NCBI GenBank assembly: GCA_965197925.1
Contig: CBDAOC010000014.1
Span: 2,271-66,270, forward strand
Length of the DNA stretch: 64,000 bases
Source: Nitrososphaerales archaeon
GTDB taxonomy: Archaea > Thermoproteota > Nitrososphaeria > Nitrososphaerales > UBA213
Reading direction: 5' to 3'
The position numbers and the translations under genes are program-made. A model generated the notes under the pieces. That model was given only the letters and a program-made list of their open reading frames with translations. It did not search any database and was not told the origin of the DNA. Positions 20,093-29,346 of this stretch are shown here, in pieces. The stretch's first letter is position 1; every line of letters starts with the position of its first letter.

Positions 20093-20341
20093 ATGGGGGA
20101 CATTATCTTGGCAAGACAAAAACTGGAGTTTTCAAATGATGATATGCGTAGAATGCTCGTGCTCTCTATGAGAGGTGTAGAGCGATACCGAATAGCTAAC
20201 AGATTTGACGTAACTCCAAGCAAGGTCACACAGGTTTTGGAAAGCGATAAGATACTAAAACTTCGCAGCCGTCTATGCGATAAAATAGACGGACTTTTAT
20301 TCAATGAAGGAGAAGGAACTACTAATGAACAACCAAGTTAA
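20093..20341 (+). CDS. HTH DNA-binding protein
   Basis: GVERYRIANRFDVTPSKVTQVL HTH. Confidence 0.6.
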   Translation: MGDIILARQKLEFSNDDMRRMLVLSMRGVERYRIANRFDVTPSKVTQVLESDKILKLRSRLCDKIDGLLFNEGEGTTNEQPS

Positions 20342-21026
20342 TAACGAAGTTATGTCTATTGACGAGTTTGTAGATAGGCTTGATGAATGGAATATGGCTC
20401 AGTATACCCACGATATACAAGGCACCAAGATGCTTGGAATTCAAGGAGCAAACTTTGTTGCGTATAAGTGTGGTATATCTGTTGATTCTGATACTATAGA
20501 AGAAACAGATACATATATTGAGTCTATGGCAGTTGCGAATTATCGTGGAACAACTGGTAAAGGCACGAAACGCCAAGTTAAAAAAGGTTCTAACGCACCT
20601 CTTGAGATGTCTCATCAGAAAGCGAGACGTAACGCTATATGCAACTTGATACCAGAAGATGTAATAATAGGTTCTGCTGAAAAACCGCCTGTTCAGTCTC
20701 CATACATTAAAGCTGCTAAAGCAATTAAAGAAGCACATTCACTTTCTCAGGAAGCTGCAAGAGACGATGCGGTGAAAGCAGATCTTACAGAACTTGGTAT
20801 AGATGTAACGTATGTGCTTGAAAAAGCAAAAGAGAGCAATGGTGACGATACCACAATCTGGGGAGTTCTTGACTGGCAGAGATTAGAGCATATGTTGAGA
20901 AACCCGAAAGAGTGGGGTCTTTCAAAAGGTGTGTTAGTTGACGAGTCTGATGCAACTGATGTAGTTGGTGAGACTGAAAAGGTTGATGAACTTGATACAA
21001 CTGACGTAATTAAGGAGGAAGATTAG
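20325..21026 (+). CDS. Putative single-strand annealing protein (Rad52/RecT-like)
   Basis: GIQGANFVA...EMSHQKARRNAICNLIP resembles SSAP core motifs; lies in the recombination block. Confidence 0.45.
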   Translation: MNNQVNNEVMSIDEFVDRLDEWNMAQYTHDIQGTKMLGIQGANFVAYKCGISVDSDTIEETDTYIESMAVANYRGTTGKGTKRQVKKGSNAPLEMSHQKARRNAICNLIPEDVIIGSAEKPPVQSPYIKAAKAIKEAHSLSQEAARDDAVKADLTELGIDVTYVLEKAKESNGDDTTIWGVLDWQRLEHMLRNPKEWGLSKGVLVDESDATDVVGETEKVDELDTTDVIKEED

Positions 21027-22063
21027 TGTCTCAAGCATTTGAACAGATGAACTTATTTGGTGAAGAAGAACTCCCCATTCAGAAGAAACCTAAGTTTGCT
21101 CCTGCTTATATTGCTGATGCTCAAGAAGAAGACAGCGAGTATGAAGAAATAGAGCAAATAGAAATGGAAGAGTCTGTAACCGCAAAGACTTGGCTAAGGT
21201 ATTTCGGAGGCAAACAAGCTGCTGTAAGAGATATTTTAAAGTTCTTCCCTACAGGTATAACAGATATTGTATCGCCTTTTGTTGGCGGAGGTAGCGTGGA
21301 GCTTGCTTTAGCAGTTCGTGGTGCAAAAGTAATTGCATACGACAAGTTTGATTTGCTTGTGAATTCGTGGAATGCTATATTAGATGATGCTGAGTCTTGT
21401 GCAAGGCTTGCAAGAAGAATATACCCTATGAATCCTGAAAAGATAAGGTATATGGTTAAGAATCATCTATTCTATAATATCAAAGACCCAAAAAAGCTTG
21501 CAGCTTTTGTATGGGTTGCCAACAAGCAGGACTGGAGTGGACGGCTTTTATCTGCAACTGGTTTTGCAGATCATAGACCAGGTATGACTTTAGATAAGGA
21601 TACTGGTCAGGACATATATGAAAGTCGTAGAAAAATAGTCAGAAGAGCTCTTGATCCTATGTTTTGGAAGAACTGGCATAATCCAAACATTGAGGTTAGA
21701 GAAGGTTGCTGGACAAAGTCTTTGAAAGAGTGGCATCCAGATGCGTTCCTATACGCAGACCCGCCTTATGTTGGGCGTGAATATGTGTATGGAGTCTATA
21801 GAACTAAAAAGACTCACCCAGACTATGAGGAATTTGACCATGAGAAGTTCGCAGAACACATGATACAAAGACCTAATGGGTTTGTGTTGAGCTATATGAG
21901 AGACGAACACGGTATGATTGAGGATCTATACAAGGATTTTGAGATAGTTGATATGAGATGGCATCAGGGTTCTGTTGCATCTCGTAAGGTGCGTGATAGC
22001 AAATCAACGAAAGAGATAACTATCATCAAGCCGCCTGCTATAAATCCATTGAATGTAGCATAA
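21026..22063 (+). CDS. dam: DNA adenine methyltransferase (D12/Dam class)
   Basis: LRYFGGK, SPFVGGGSV and YADPPY motifs. Confidence 0.9.
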   Translation: MSQAFEQMNLFGEEELPIQKKPKFAPAYIADAQEEDSEYEEIEQIEMEESVTAKTWLRYFGGKQAAVRDILKFFPTGITDIVSPFVGGGSVELALAVRGAKVIAYDKFDLLVNSWNAILDDAESCARLARRIYPMNPEKIRYMVKNHLFYNIKDPKKLAAFVWVANKQDWSGRLLSATGFADHRPGMTLDKDTGQDIYESRRKIVRRALDPMFWKNWHNPNIEVREGCWTKSLKEWHPDAFLYADPPYVGREYVYGVYRTKKTHPDYEEFDHEKFAEHMIQRPNGFVLSYMRDEHGMIEDLYKDFEIVDMRWHQGSVASRKVRDSKSTKEITIIKPPAINPLNVA

Positions 22064-22075
22064 AGGAGTTAATTT

Positions 22076-22411
22076 ATGAACTTTCTTCCACTAAAGCCTG
22101 TATCTAATAACAAGATGTATTCATCTGCAAGCAGCAAGTGGAAGAGCGCACAGTATCTTAAGTTTGAAAGAGACGCCACGCGAATGATGAAGTTCAAGCC
22201 TATTACTTTACCAAAAAAAGGCGGATTGAAGTTCATTGCTACGTTTGGCGTTTCTTTTAGATTTGACTTAGATAACGCTCTAAAGCCATTTATAGATATT
22301 CTACAAGATGTTTACAAGTTCAACGACAATAGAATATCTATAATTGAAGTTAAAAAGGTCAGCGTCAAAAGAGGTGCTGAGTTCATTGAATACGATTTGA
22401 AGGCAATATAG
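22076..22411 (+). CDS. rusA: RusA-like Holliday junction resolvase
   Basis: PVSNN...DLDNALKPFIDILQ...FNDNRI. Confidence 0.8.
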   Translation: MNFLPLKPVSNNKMYSSASSKWKSAQYLKFERDATRMMKFKPITLPKKGGLKFIATFGVSFRFDLDNALKPFIDILQDVYKFNDNRISIIEVKKVSVKRGAEFIEYDLKAI

Positions 22412-22421
22412 GAGTATATTT

Positions 22422-22637
22422 ATGACTGTCGGTGAGAAGATTAGATTCCATAGGAAATCAAGGAACTTGAGAATGAGACATATTACAAGCACTTCTGGGA
22501 GTTATCTATCTGAGATAGAAAATAATCATGTAAGCCCTTCTGTTGACATTATATTAAAAATAGCAAAAGATATGGGAATACCTGGTTATTGGCTTTTATT
22601 AGGTGTTGACAGAAAACATAACGGAGATATGATATGA
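22422..22637 (+). CDS. XRE/Cro-like HTH regulator
   Basis: GEKIRFHRK...SYLSEIENNHVSPSVDIILKIA. Confidence 0.85.
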   Translation: MTVGEKIRFHRKSRNLRMRHITSTSGSYLSEIENNHVSPSVDIILKIAKDMGIPGYWLLLGVDRKHNGDMI

Positions 22638-22813
22638 TTCTCAACTTCTATTTATCCAAGCGAGTTCCTGACAGTATCCCAACTCCAAGTAGGTATAAGA
22701 GAAAAAATAGCGAGTATGAAAATCACTTGAAGGTATGCAAAAAGCTCGGTATTGATCCAAGTGGTATATCGTATCATAAAGCTATTGAAAAACTCTCAAG
22801 GAGTAAAGTATGA
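22634..22813 (+). CDS. Hypothetical protein (59 aa, not in ORF track)
   Basis: MILNFYLSKRVP...; ATGA overlaps with both neighbours. Confidence 0.5.
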   Translation: MILNFYLSKRVPDSIPTPSRYKRKNSEYENHLKVCKKLGIDPSGISYHKAIEKLSRSKV

Positions 22814-23043
22814 ATTACTGCGATGAGTGTGGAAATAGAATACCTCCATACTATAATTTTATCTACGAATGCACAGAGTGTGATAGCAAGAGTGCTTATG
22901 TTAACACAGAGGATAACAACAAGCATAATGCTAAACATCACTCACGAACTAAGCGACATATCGTAGATATATTTGAAGTTGCACCATCTTATTTACCTAT
23001 AGATAAGATTTATGTAGAAAGCATAAAACCTAATAGGAGATAG
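22810..23043 (+). CDS. Zinc-finger protein
   Basis: CDEC...YECTEC...KHHSRTKRH. Confidence 0.5.
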   Translation: MNYCDECGNRIPPYYNFIYECTECDSKSAYVNTEDNNKHNAKHHSRTKRHIVDIFEVAPSYLPIDKIYVESIKPNRR

Positions 23044-23046
23044 AAT

Positions 23047-23499
23047 ATGAGTAAAGTGAAAGTAGTTAAACCTGAAGAAGGACTTAATGATATGTTTGAA
23101 GACAGTTTATTGAAAGACACTCTTGCTATAACTGTAAACTGCAGAGGTATAATGGGTAAAGGTATCGCTTTAGAATATAAAAAGCGATACCCGAAAGGTT
23201 ACAGGCTTTACAAAGAAAGGTGTCTTTCAGGTCTTGTAAAGCCTGGAGAACCTTTCTTTCAGGGAAACTCGTTTATTATGTTTCCTACCAAAGACCATTG
23301 GGCTTCTCCAAGTAAAATAGAATGGATCAGAAATGGTTTGATGAGGATAAGAGATGCTGAAATCAAACATAGGCTGATATTGCCTGCTATTGGATGTGGT
23401 AACGGAGGTCTGAAGTTTGGAGCTGTATTACCGTTGATACACAAATATCTTGGTCAAGTATCTTATGATGTTCTGGTCTACCCTCCACAGATACAATAA
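23047..23499 (+). CDS. DarG-like macrodomain (ADP-ribose hydrolase)
   Basis: TVNCRGIMGKGIALEYKKRYP, FPTKDHW and PAIGCGNGGL motifs. Confidence 0.85.
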   Translation: MSKVKVVKPEEGLNDMFEDSLLKDTLAITVNCRGIMGKGIALEYKKRYPKGYRLYKERCLSGLVKPGEPFFQGNSFIMFPTKDHWASPSKIEWIRNGLMRIRDAEIKHRLILPAIGCGNGGLKFGAVLPLIHKYLGQVSYDVLVYPPQIQ

Positions 23500-23529
23500 C
23501 ACTTAACATGTGTTAATTAAAGTATGTGA

Positions 23530-23862
23530 ACGCGCTGACAACGGCGCTGACATGCGCGTCAGCGCCGCCGCGCCAATGGCCGCAAGGGTTGGTGAGAACG
23601 GTGCTGATGCTGACACGAGGTCACGCATGCACTCACATGAGATATTTCAAAATCCAAAATACTTAACATATGTATAGTGTAAAAAATTAATTGTGATTCT
23701 TGTCAGCGCGTCAACACCTTCTTCTAAACCCTTATGGCCATTGGTGTGGCGGTGCTGACATTGATGGCCATTGAGTTTGTGCCACGAGCTCACGGCCCCA
23801 TTGACGTGGCGGTGCTGACAACGGTGCTGACACGATGTCAGCACCGCGGCCCAAGCGGGCCG
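23530..23862. repeat. Origin-like region: GCTGACA/TGTCAGC iterons and ~55-bp inverted repeat around an AT-rich core
   Basis: Many (GT)GCTGAC(A) copies in both orientations. 23556-23616 is an imperfect reverse complement of 23701-23760. Lies upstream of the primase-helicase. Confidence 0.6.
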
Positions 23863-24001
23863 CACAAGGAGATGCGAATGAGAAGAAAAATGGATTGGAT
23901 AAGATTAGAGGTTCGTAGATATGGTTTTAGTCAGTATTGCATTAAAGAGGCTATGAAGATTCTTGTGACTTGTCATATTTTAGATTAACCACATCTCTAA
24001 T

Positions 24002-24030
24002 TTGATTTAATTTTCATTGTGTGGTATAAT
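24002..24030 (+). promoter_or_regulatory. Promoter of primase-helicase
   Basis: TTGATT-N17-TATAAT with extended TG. Confidence 0.65.
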
Positions 24031-24077
24031 ATATTATGTGTAGTTGACAATTAATCTTATTTATGGAGACTTATTGA

Positions 24078-26576
24078 ATGAGTTTGAAAAACGCTTTAGA
24101 ATATCTACAAGCCCTCGGTCACGAGACTACAGAAGTTAGAATATCATGTAAAGACAAAAAGGCATTAGGGCCAAAGTCTTTTACTGGAGATATATGTTTT
24201 GGTTATTACAGTTCAGATCAATACGATAAACTGATACTTGATATTGAAAGTTACAATAACTGTGAAAACATTGAGAGTATTTGGGTTACTATACAAGATA
24301 TTGATTCAGCATTGCTTGCAAGATCAGCGAATAGGATAAAGCATAATGCAGGCACTGGAGATACAACATCAATCAAAGACATAACTCATTTCACTCACTT
24401 TCCTATTGACATAGACCCATCACGACCTTCAAAGATCAGCAGCTCACAACTTGAACTGAAAGTCGCAGCTGAGGCAGCTCAAAGAATATGCAAAGAAGCT
24501 TTGTTGGGATATGAAGTAATAAAGGCTATGTCTGGAAACGGGTATCATATATTGATACCTATACATCCATTAGAGAACACTGAAAAGAATTATGAGAGAT
24601 GGAAACGTGTAGGTGATATATTTGCTCACGATGTCATGGGAATAATAGAAGGTATTGATGAAGATACTTTACCTTATTCCAATCCAACACTGAAGTTGTA
24701 TGGAACTACATCACGAAAAGGTGATTCAACTAAAGAAAGACCTCATAGAGTAAGTAGCGTAAAGATTCCAGAAACAATCATACGATATGATTTTGACGCT
24801 ATAGAAACTCTAATACTTGGATATGAGGATAAAGTAAGAACTGGTAGAAGTAAAAGCAAGGCTAAGTCAAGTTTTGATAAAATGACTTTAGAGGATTTTT
24901 TGAGAGAAAACGGAGTTAAACATGCTGTTCCAAAGAATACTCCAGACGGTATTGTATTCCCAATGCAATGCCCTTTTGACGAGTCTCATGGAAGAGATGC
25001 TTTTGCTATTCAAAGATTAGACGGGAAGTGGGGATGGGAATGTTTTCATTCATCATGTGAAGGTAAAGACTGGCATGAATTCAGAGCTCTTGTAGCTCCG
25101 AAAAGTTTAGAATACGGCAGACCTATTGAGGGAAATCAAAAGAGAGGTTATGTTGACGATAACAATATAGTTATTGAAGATATTGAAGATATTGAAGATA
25201 TACCTCTTGATAGATTGGATTTTCCACAAGATGAGTTAATGGACGGGATTTTTGCCTTTATGAAAGCTGCTTGCAAGGATAGACCAGATCTTAGACCAGA
25301 GTTCTTACATGCAGTTACTATGAATAACATCGGAGCTGTTATCGGTAGGCGAATATGGCTTGAAGACGACCCTCCAGTTTTCCCTAATCAGTATACTGTA
25401 ATAGTCGGTCGGACGGGGTTTTCTCGTAAGACAACAGTTACAAAACTTGGAAAGTCTGTTCTAAAGATCGCTGATGAAAATGTTATCAGACAAAATGCCC
25501 TTGCGACTCCTGAAGGTTTGATTGATCTATTCGTGTTCCCAAACGGACTTTGGCCTGGATGCGAGATACCAATAGATTATGAAGAAATATATGAGGAGAT
25601 AAAGTATGAGCATAGAAAAGGAATTGCTAAAAGCCATGACAAGTTTGATGATCTATTGCGTAGTAGAGTTGAGAACTCGGATCACGAAGAAGGTCTTAGG
25701 ATGCAACTTGTTCAGAACGAATTGAGTGTATTATTGAGAAAGAGCAAGAGAAGTAGCGGTATGGGGCTTGTGGAGTGTTTGACAGAGTTTTATGATATGG
25801 AAGATGCAGTTTCAAGCCCAACAAAATCCAAGCCTACTTCAGCACCTTATCCATGTCTATCAGTTATAGGTTCTACTACTATGGCATGGCTTGAGAAAAA
25901 TGTTGATATTGATGATATTCAAGGCGGCTTTGTTAACCGCTTTTCTTTTTATCTTGCTGAAGATATTGATGAGTCTGCAATTAAGATGTTTTATCCTCTA
26001 ATTGATAAAGGTCTTATTCAGAAAGTAGCAAAAATTATCAACGGTATAAGATTGCAGTTTCCTAATCCAACTGGGTTTGATATGAAAGAAGAAGCAAAGG
26101 AGTATGCTGAAGATTGGAATTCAAAGATTGTAAGGGAGGTAGCAGAAATAAAGAATGAGTCTGTTAGAGAATCACTTTCGCGTTATGCTTTACATTTCAA
26201 GAAGTTTTCTCTGATATACGCATTATTTGATAATGCTATAAACGATACGACTATAAAACTAACTTCAGTTAAGAAAGGATGCTTATTGGCAAGTTATCAT
26301 ATAGCAGTTGCTAAAAAGTTATTCGGGAGCTTTACAATATCTGAAGAACAAAGGGCTGAAGATGTAGTTTATCATCTGATTAGGTCTAAAGGGACTCGTG
26401 GAATGACTCCAAGAGAGATTGCGTCATCAAGCAGGCATGTTGCAAGTAGTAAAAAGGCTTTGGAGGCATTAGTGTCTTTAGAAACAGCTGGGTTTGTTGG
26501 TAAGTCAAGTATACAAAACAATCCAGGTAGGTTTAGGTGGCATGCGCTAAAAGAGATTGATCTTGACAGATTATAG
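24078..26576 (+). CDS. Primase-helicase (AEP-like N-term, Zn finger, DUF3987-type ATPase)
   Basis: DID...SGNGYH primase motifs, CPF...H...CFHSSC zinc finger, and VIVGRTGFSRKT P-loop. Confidence 0.8.
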   Translation: MSLKNALEYLQALGHETTEVRISCKDKKALGPKSFTGDICFGYYSSDQYDKLILDIESYNNCENIESIWVTIQDIDSALLARSANRIKHNAGTGDTTSIKDITHFTHFPIDIDPSRPSKISSSQLELKVAAEAAQRICKEALLGYEVIKAMSGNGYHILIPIHPLENTEKNYERWKRVGDIFAHDVMGIIEGIDEDTLPYSNPTLKLYGTTSRKGDSTKERPHRVSSVKIPETIIRYDFDAIETLILGYEDKVRTGRSKSKAKSSFDKMTLEDFLRENGVKHAVPKNTPDGIVFPMQCPFDESHGRDAFAIQRLDGKWGWECFHSSCEGKDWHEFRALVAPKSLEYGRPIEGNQKRGYVDDNNIVIEDIEDIEDIPLDRLDFPQDELMDGIFAFMKAACKDRPDLRPEFLHAVTMNNIGAVIGRRIWLEDDPPVFPNQYTVIVGRTGFSRKTTVTKLGKSVLKIADENVIRQNALATPEGLIDLFVFPNGLWPGCEIPIDYEEIYEEIKYEHRKGIAKSHDKFDDLLRSRVENSDHEEGLRMQLVQNELSVLLRKSKRSSGMGLVECLTEFYDMEDAVSSPTKSKPTSAPYPCLSVIGSTTMAWLEKNVDIDDIQGGFVNRFSFYLAEDIDESAIKMFYPLIDKGLIQKVAKIINGIRLQFPNPTGFDMKEEAKEYAEDWNSKIVREVAEIKNESVRESLSRYALHFKKFSLIYALFDNAINDTTIKLTSVKKGCLLASYHIAVAKKLFGSFTISEEQRAEDVVYHLIRSKGTRGMTPREIASSSRHVASSKKALEALVSLETAGFVGKSSIQNNPGRFRWHALKEIDLDRL

Positions 26577-26586
26577 GAGTTAATTT

Positions 26587-26796
26587 ATGGACTTTTTTGC
26601 TCAATGCATTATATGTGATCAAGGTTTTATGGACTTTGATCAACTTGATGGTCATATGGTATGCGGCCAAAAGAGATGCCAATCTAAGAAGTCTCGTATT
26701 ATAGATATGGTTATTACAGTGTGTAAAGATTGTGGTATCAAGTTTTTGTATGAGAAAGATACATACGAAGAGGAAGTATGTAAACATTGTGAATAG
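26587..26796 (+). CDS. Cys-rich small protein
   Basis: Multiple CxxC motifs; GGAG RBS. Confidence 0.55.
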   Translation: MDFFAQCIICDQGFMDFDQLDGHMVCGQKRCQSKKSRIIDMVITVCKDCGIKFLYEKDTYEEEVCKHCE

Positions 26797-26807
26797 AGGA
26801 GATTATT

Positions 26808-27230
26808 TTGACTAATAATAATGAGACAGTATTGTTTAATCAATGCCCAATTATAGGAGTTCCAAAGTTCCTTTATATTGCCAGCCCTTACTATCATGAG
26901 GATAATGATGTAGTTATAGATCGTGTTGAAAAGGTGACTGAAGTTGTTGAGTTCTTTTCTGTTACTAAAGAGTGGATATTTCCATATTCTCCAGTAATGT
27001 ATGCTCATCCTATTGAACTTAACGGAAAGAGACCTAAGGCAGGTAATATCATGTATGGCTTAGGAGCTTTAAATGTAGCATCTCATATGATGGTATTGAT
27101 GTTAGATGGCTGGAAAAAGTCAGAAGGTATAGCTAAAGAAATTGCATTTTGCAAAGGTAAAGATATACCTATCATATACATGACTTTTGAAAATGTAATG
27201 AAAGATAGCCCAGCATTTAACCATTTTTAA
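26808..27230 (+). CDS. DUF1937 / nucleoside 2-deoxyribosyltransferase-like protein
   Basis: YIASPY...YSPV...LMLDGWKKSEGIAKEIAF. Confidence 0.75.
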   Translation: MTNNNETVLFNQCPIIGVPKFLYIASPYYHEDNDVVIDRVEKVTEVVEFFSVTKEWIFPYSPVMYAHPIELNGKRPKAGNIMYGLGALNVASHMMVLMLDGWKKSEGIAKEIAFCKGKDIPIIYMTFENVMKDSPAFNHF

Positions 27231-27277
27231 TTTTAAAGGTTAGATTTATAGGTTATTGCGTTGTTTGAAAATTAAGT

Positions 27278-27306
27278 TTGACAAAATGTTTGTTTTGTTG
27301 TATAAT
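27278..27306 (+). promoter_or_regulatory. Perfect consensus sigma70 promoter
   Basis: TTGACA-N17-TATAAT. Confidence 0.8.
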
Positions 27307-27363
27307 GTAGTTTGTAAATAAGATTAGTGTTTTTCACACAATTTTCAACATAAGGAGATTTAC

Positions 27364-27966
27364 ATGTTTGAGTATACTAACCGAGTTGGGAATAAATGCA
27401 CGACTGAATTTGGAATTAGTGAATGGTTTGACTATATGATAGCAAATCCGAATAAGGCATTGTTTGTTCAAGGCGATGATACGACAATTGCTGGACATTT
27501 CGGAATCACTAATTATCAGATCGCAGCGCAACTTCGCGAAAGCCCTGAATACCACGCAGAGGCTGATGCTTATGCTGAAGCGCACGGTATTGATGTTAAG
27601 TTACTTGAAAAGAAAGATGTTCAAGCTTCCAGGCCGACTGGTTCTGTCACGAAAGCAGATAGAGAGTCTTTGGGGGAACGAGTCATCGTTGATCTTGAGG
27701 AACTCTTACCAGAAGGTGATGAAGGCGAAGCTTCTCCAGAATGGGCAAAGGAAAACCTCGCAAGCGTATTTGCCAATGCAAAAGAACAGGCGTGGATGCC
27801 GTCTGCAAGACCGATACCGCCCGAGAAGCCAACTACCGCTTCTGCTAAAAAGCAGGCGGAGGAGCGAGTTGCAAAATTGGAAGCTAAGCTTCGTGCAATG
27901 GGTATTGATCCAGATGCTGAAGAAGAGATTCAGGAGAATCTTGTATTTCAGGAGAATGCTGTATAA
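27364..27966 (+). CDS. Hypothetical protein in its own transcription unit
   Basis: Has its own promoter, AAGGAG RBS and terminator. Confidence 0.7.
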   Translation: MFEYTNRVGNKCTTEFGISEWFDYMIANPNKALFVQGDDTTIAGHFGITNYQIAAQLRESPEYHAEADAYAEAHGIDVKLLEKKDVQASRPTGSVTKADRESLGERVIVDLEELLPEGDEGEASPEWAKENLASVFANAKEQAWMPSARPIPPEKPTTASAKKQAEERVAKLEAKLRAMGIDPDAEEEIQENLVFQENAV

Positions 27967-28015
27967 TGAGTAACTGATTAGGGGCGAAAGCATCGTTACG
28001 AGAATTGAAAGTTTT

Positions 28016-28050
28016 GAGGCACCTTGACAAAAAAGGTGCCTCTTATTTTG
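28016..28050 (+). terminator. Intrinsic terminator
   Basis: GAGGCACCTT/AAGGTGCCTC followed by TTATTTT. Confidence 0.75.
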
Positions 28051-28060
28051 AGGTATTAGA

Positions 28061-28366
28061 ATGAGTATTGATAATCTCGGTAAACTTGCAGCTGATAGAG
28101 AACTCAAGGTATTATCATTTATTAAAGAGATGAACGATAATAAAAAGAAAGTTAAGTTCTCTGATATATGCCAACTGTTTTATGATGACAACTATGTTAC
28201 TGTAGCAGCAACAGCACTTGATGACTTACTTGCTATAAAGTTTATAGAAGTTGAAAAGCATTATCTCTATATCAACAGAAGGTCGTTCAGCTACAAAATA
28301 ACTTGGAGAGGTTTAAGAGCTATTCGTGAAACCGAAAACACTGTAAATAATAGCCCTGTGGTTTAA
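28061..28366 (+). CDS. Winged-helix protein
   Basis: KVLSFI...ALDDLLAIKFIEV...YKITWRG. Confidence 0.55.
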   Translation: MSIDNLGKLAADRELKVLSFIKEMNDNKKKVKFSDICQLFYDDNYVTVAATALDDLLAIKFIEVEKHYLYINRRSFSYKITWRGLRAIRETENTVNNSPVV

Positions 28367-28429
28367 CGCACAAATCACTCAAACATGCGTTAGAGAGGCG
28401 TAGAGAGGCACTAACGGTGACGCTGGGCG
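28325..28429 (+). repeat. ~100-bp dispersed element, copy A
   Basis: Imperfect reverse complement of 40624-40723 (core CTCAAACATGCGT..GAGAGGCGTAGAGAGGCACT...GACGCTGGGCG). Confidence 0.85.
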
Positions 28430-28487
28430 TGTTTGATTTATGGCGGCCGCGTGTGTCGGTCGCCATTATCTACATAAGGAGAGCATA

Positions 28488-28928
28488 ATGAATATTCCTG
28501 AATTATACAACTTTCATCAGAAGATGGAAATTGTCAGCAAACATCTTAAGGAAAACCCAAATGAAACAGATAGCGTAATAGCTGAAAAGTGTAACTGCCT
28601 TACTGCTTTTGTTGAAAGACAGAGATCTTTTATTGGAATTCCTAAAAGCACTAAAAATAAAAGAAGGACTCGTGAAAAAGAAAGAGTTGTTGAGGAGATC
28701 ACAGACCCTGACGATTATATTGAGAATAGATCAAATCCAAAACTATCTAAAAACAAAAGGACGAGAGCTGTTACTCGTAAATATGGTGAGAAGATTATCA
28801 ATGAATATATTGATGAAGGTGAGGATATTAAGGATATTAGCGAGAAGTATAAAATAGAGATTAAGGCGTTAATTATGTTTTTGAGACGAAAAGGAGTCTA
28901 TAAAATTAGGTTAAAATCAGATTATTAA
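28488..28928 (+). CDS. Double-HTH DNA-binding protein
   Basis: TDSVIAEKCNCLTAFVERQR and DIKDISEKYKIEIKALIMFLRRKG; AAGGAG RBS. Confidence 0.5.
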   Translation: MNIPELYNFHQKMEIVSKHLKENPNETDSVIAEKCNCLTAFVERQRSFIGIPKSTKNKRRTREKERVVEEITDPDDYIENRSNPKLSKNKRTRAVTRKYGEKIINEYIDEGEDIKDISEKYKIEIKALIMFLRRKGVYKIRLKSDY

Positions 28929-28962
28929 CTTGTAGATATTTTATCTACTAAAGGAGATAAAA

Positions 28963-29346
28963 ATGTTTTGTAATATAGTGTTTGCTTTAGTTTTGAGTAT
29001 AGTTATAGTAGGGTGTGGTCCAGTTCAGCAAATGACTCCTAAATCTGAAAAAGATATAGTAGACGATGCTGTATTAGTCATACCTAATGTAAAGCCTGAA
29101 AGACCAGATGATAAAGTTTTCCATACTGCTGAAGAGTTTTTAGACGACAGCGATTTGTATATCTATTGTATAGAATATACTAACTGGTATAATGAGTATA
29201 AAGAAGAAGATTTTAATTATATCATTATACAGTTTCACGATAATAGTGAGATCCATAGAGTAATAGGCGTATTAAAATATCATAACTTATTTGAAGCTGT
29301 CCTAAGTCCATTTGGAAATGGAGTTATGATACAACCTAAAGAGTAA
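28963..29346 (+). CDS. Lipoprotein
   Basis: Signal peptide ending in the lipobox IVGC. Confidence 0.6.
   Translation: MFCNIVFALVLSIVIVGCGPVQQMTPKSEKDIVDDAVLVIPNVKPERPDDKVFHTAEEFLDDSDLYIYCIEYTNWYNEYKEEDFNYIIIQFHDNSEIHRVIGVLKYHNLFEAVLSPFGNGVMIQPKE

Noticed and set aside
23647-23988. ORFs within the origin-like repeats
   Set aside because: Translations reflect the DNA repeats (VLT/CQH); no coding-like composition.
24017-24044. dif-like XerCD site
   Set aside because: Only partial resemblance; better explained as the -10 region of the primase promoter.
27464-27973. Overlapping 169-aa ORF
   Set aside because: Alternative frame of 27364-27966 without an RBS.
27966-27998. Hammerhead or c-di-GMP riboswitch (CTGATTA...GCGAAAGC)
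   Set aside because: Core is CUGAUUA rather than CUGANGA, and the required stems are missing.
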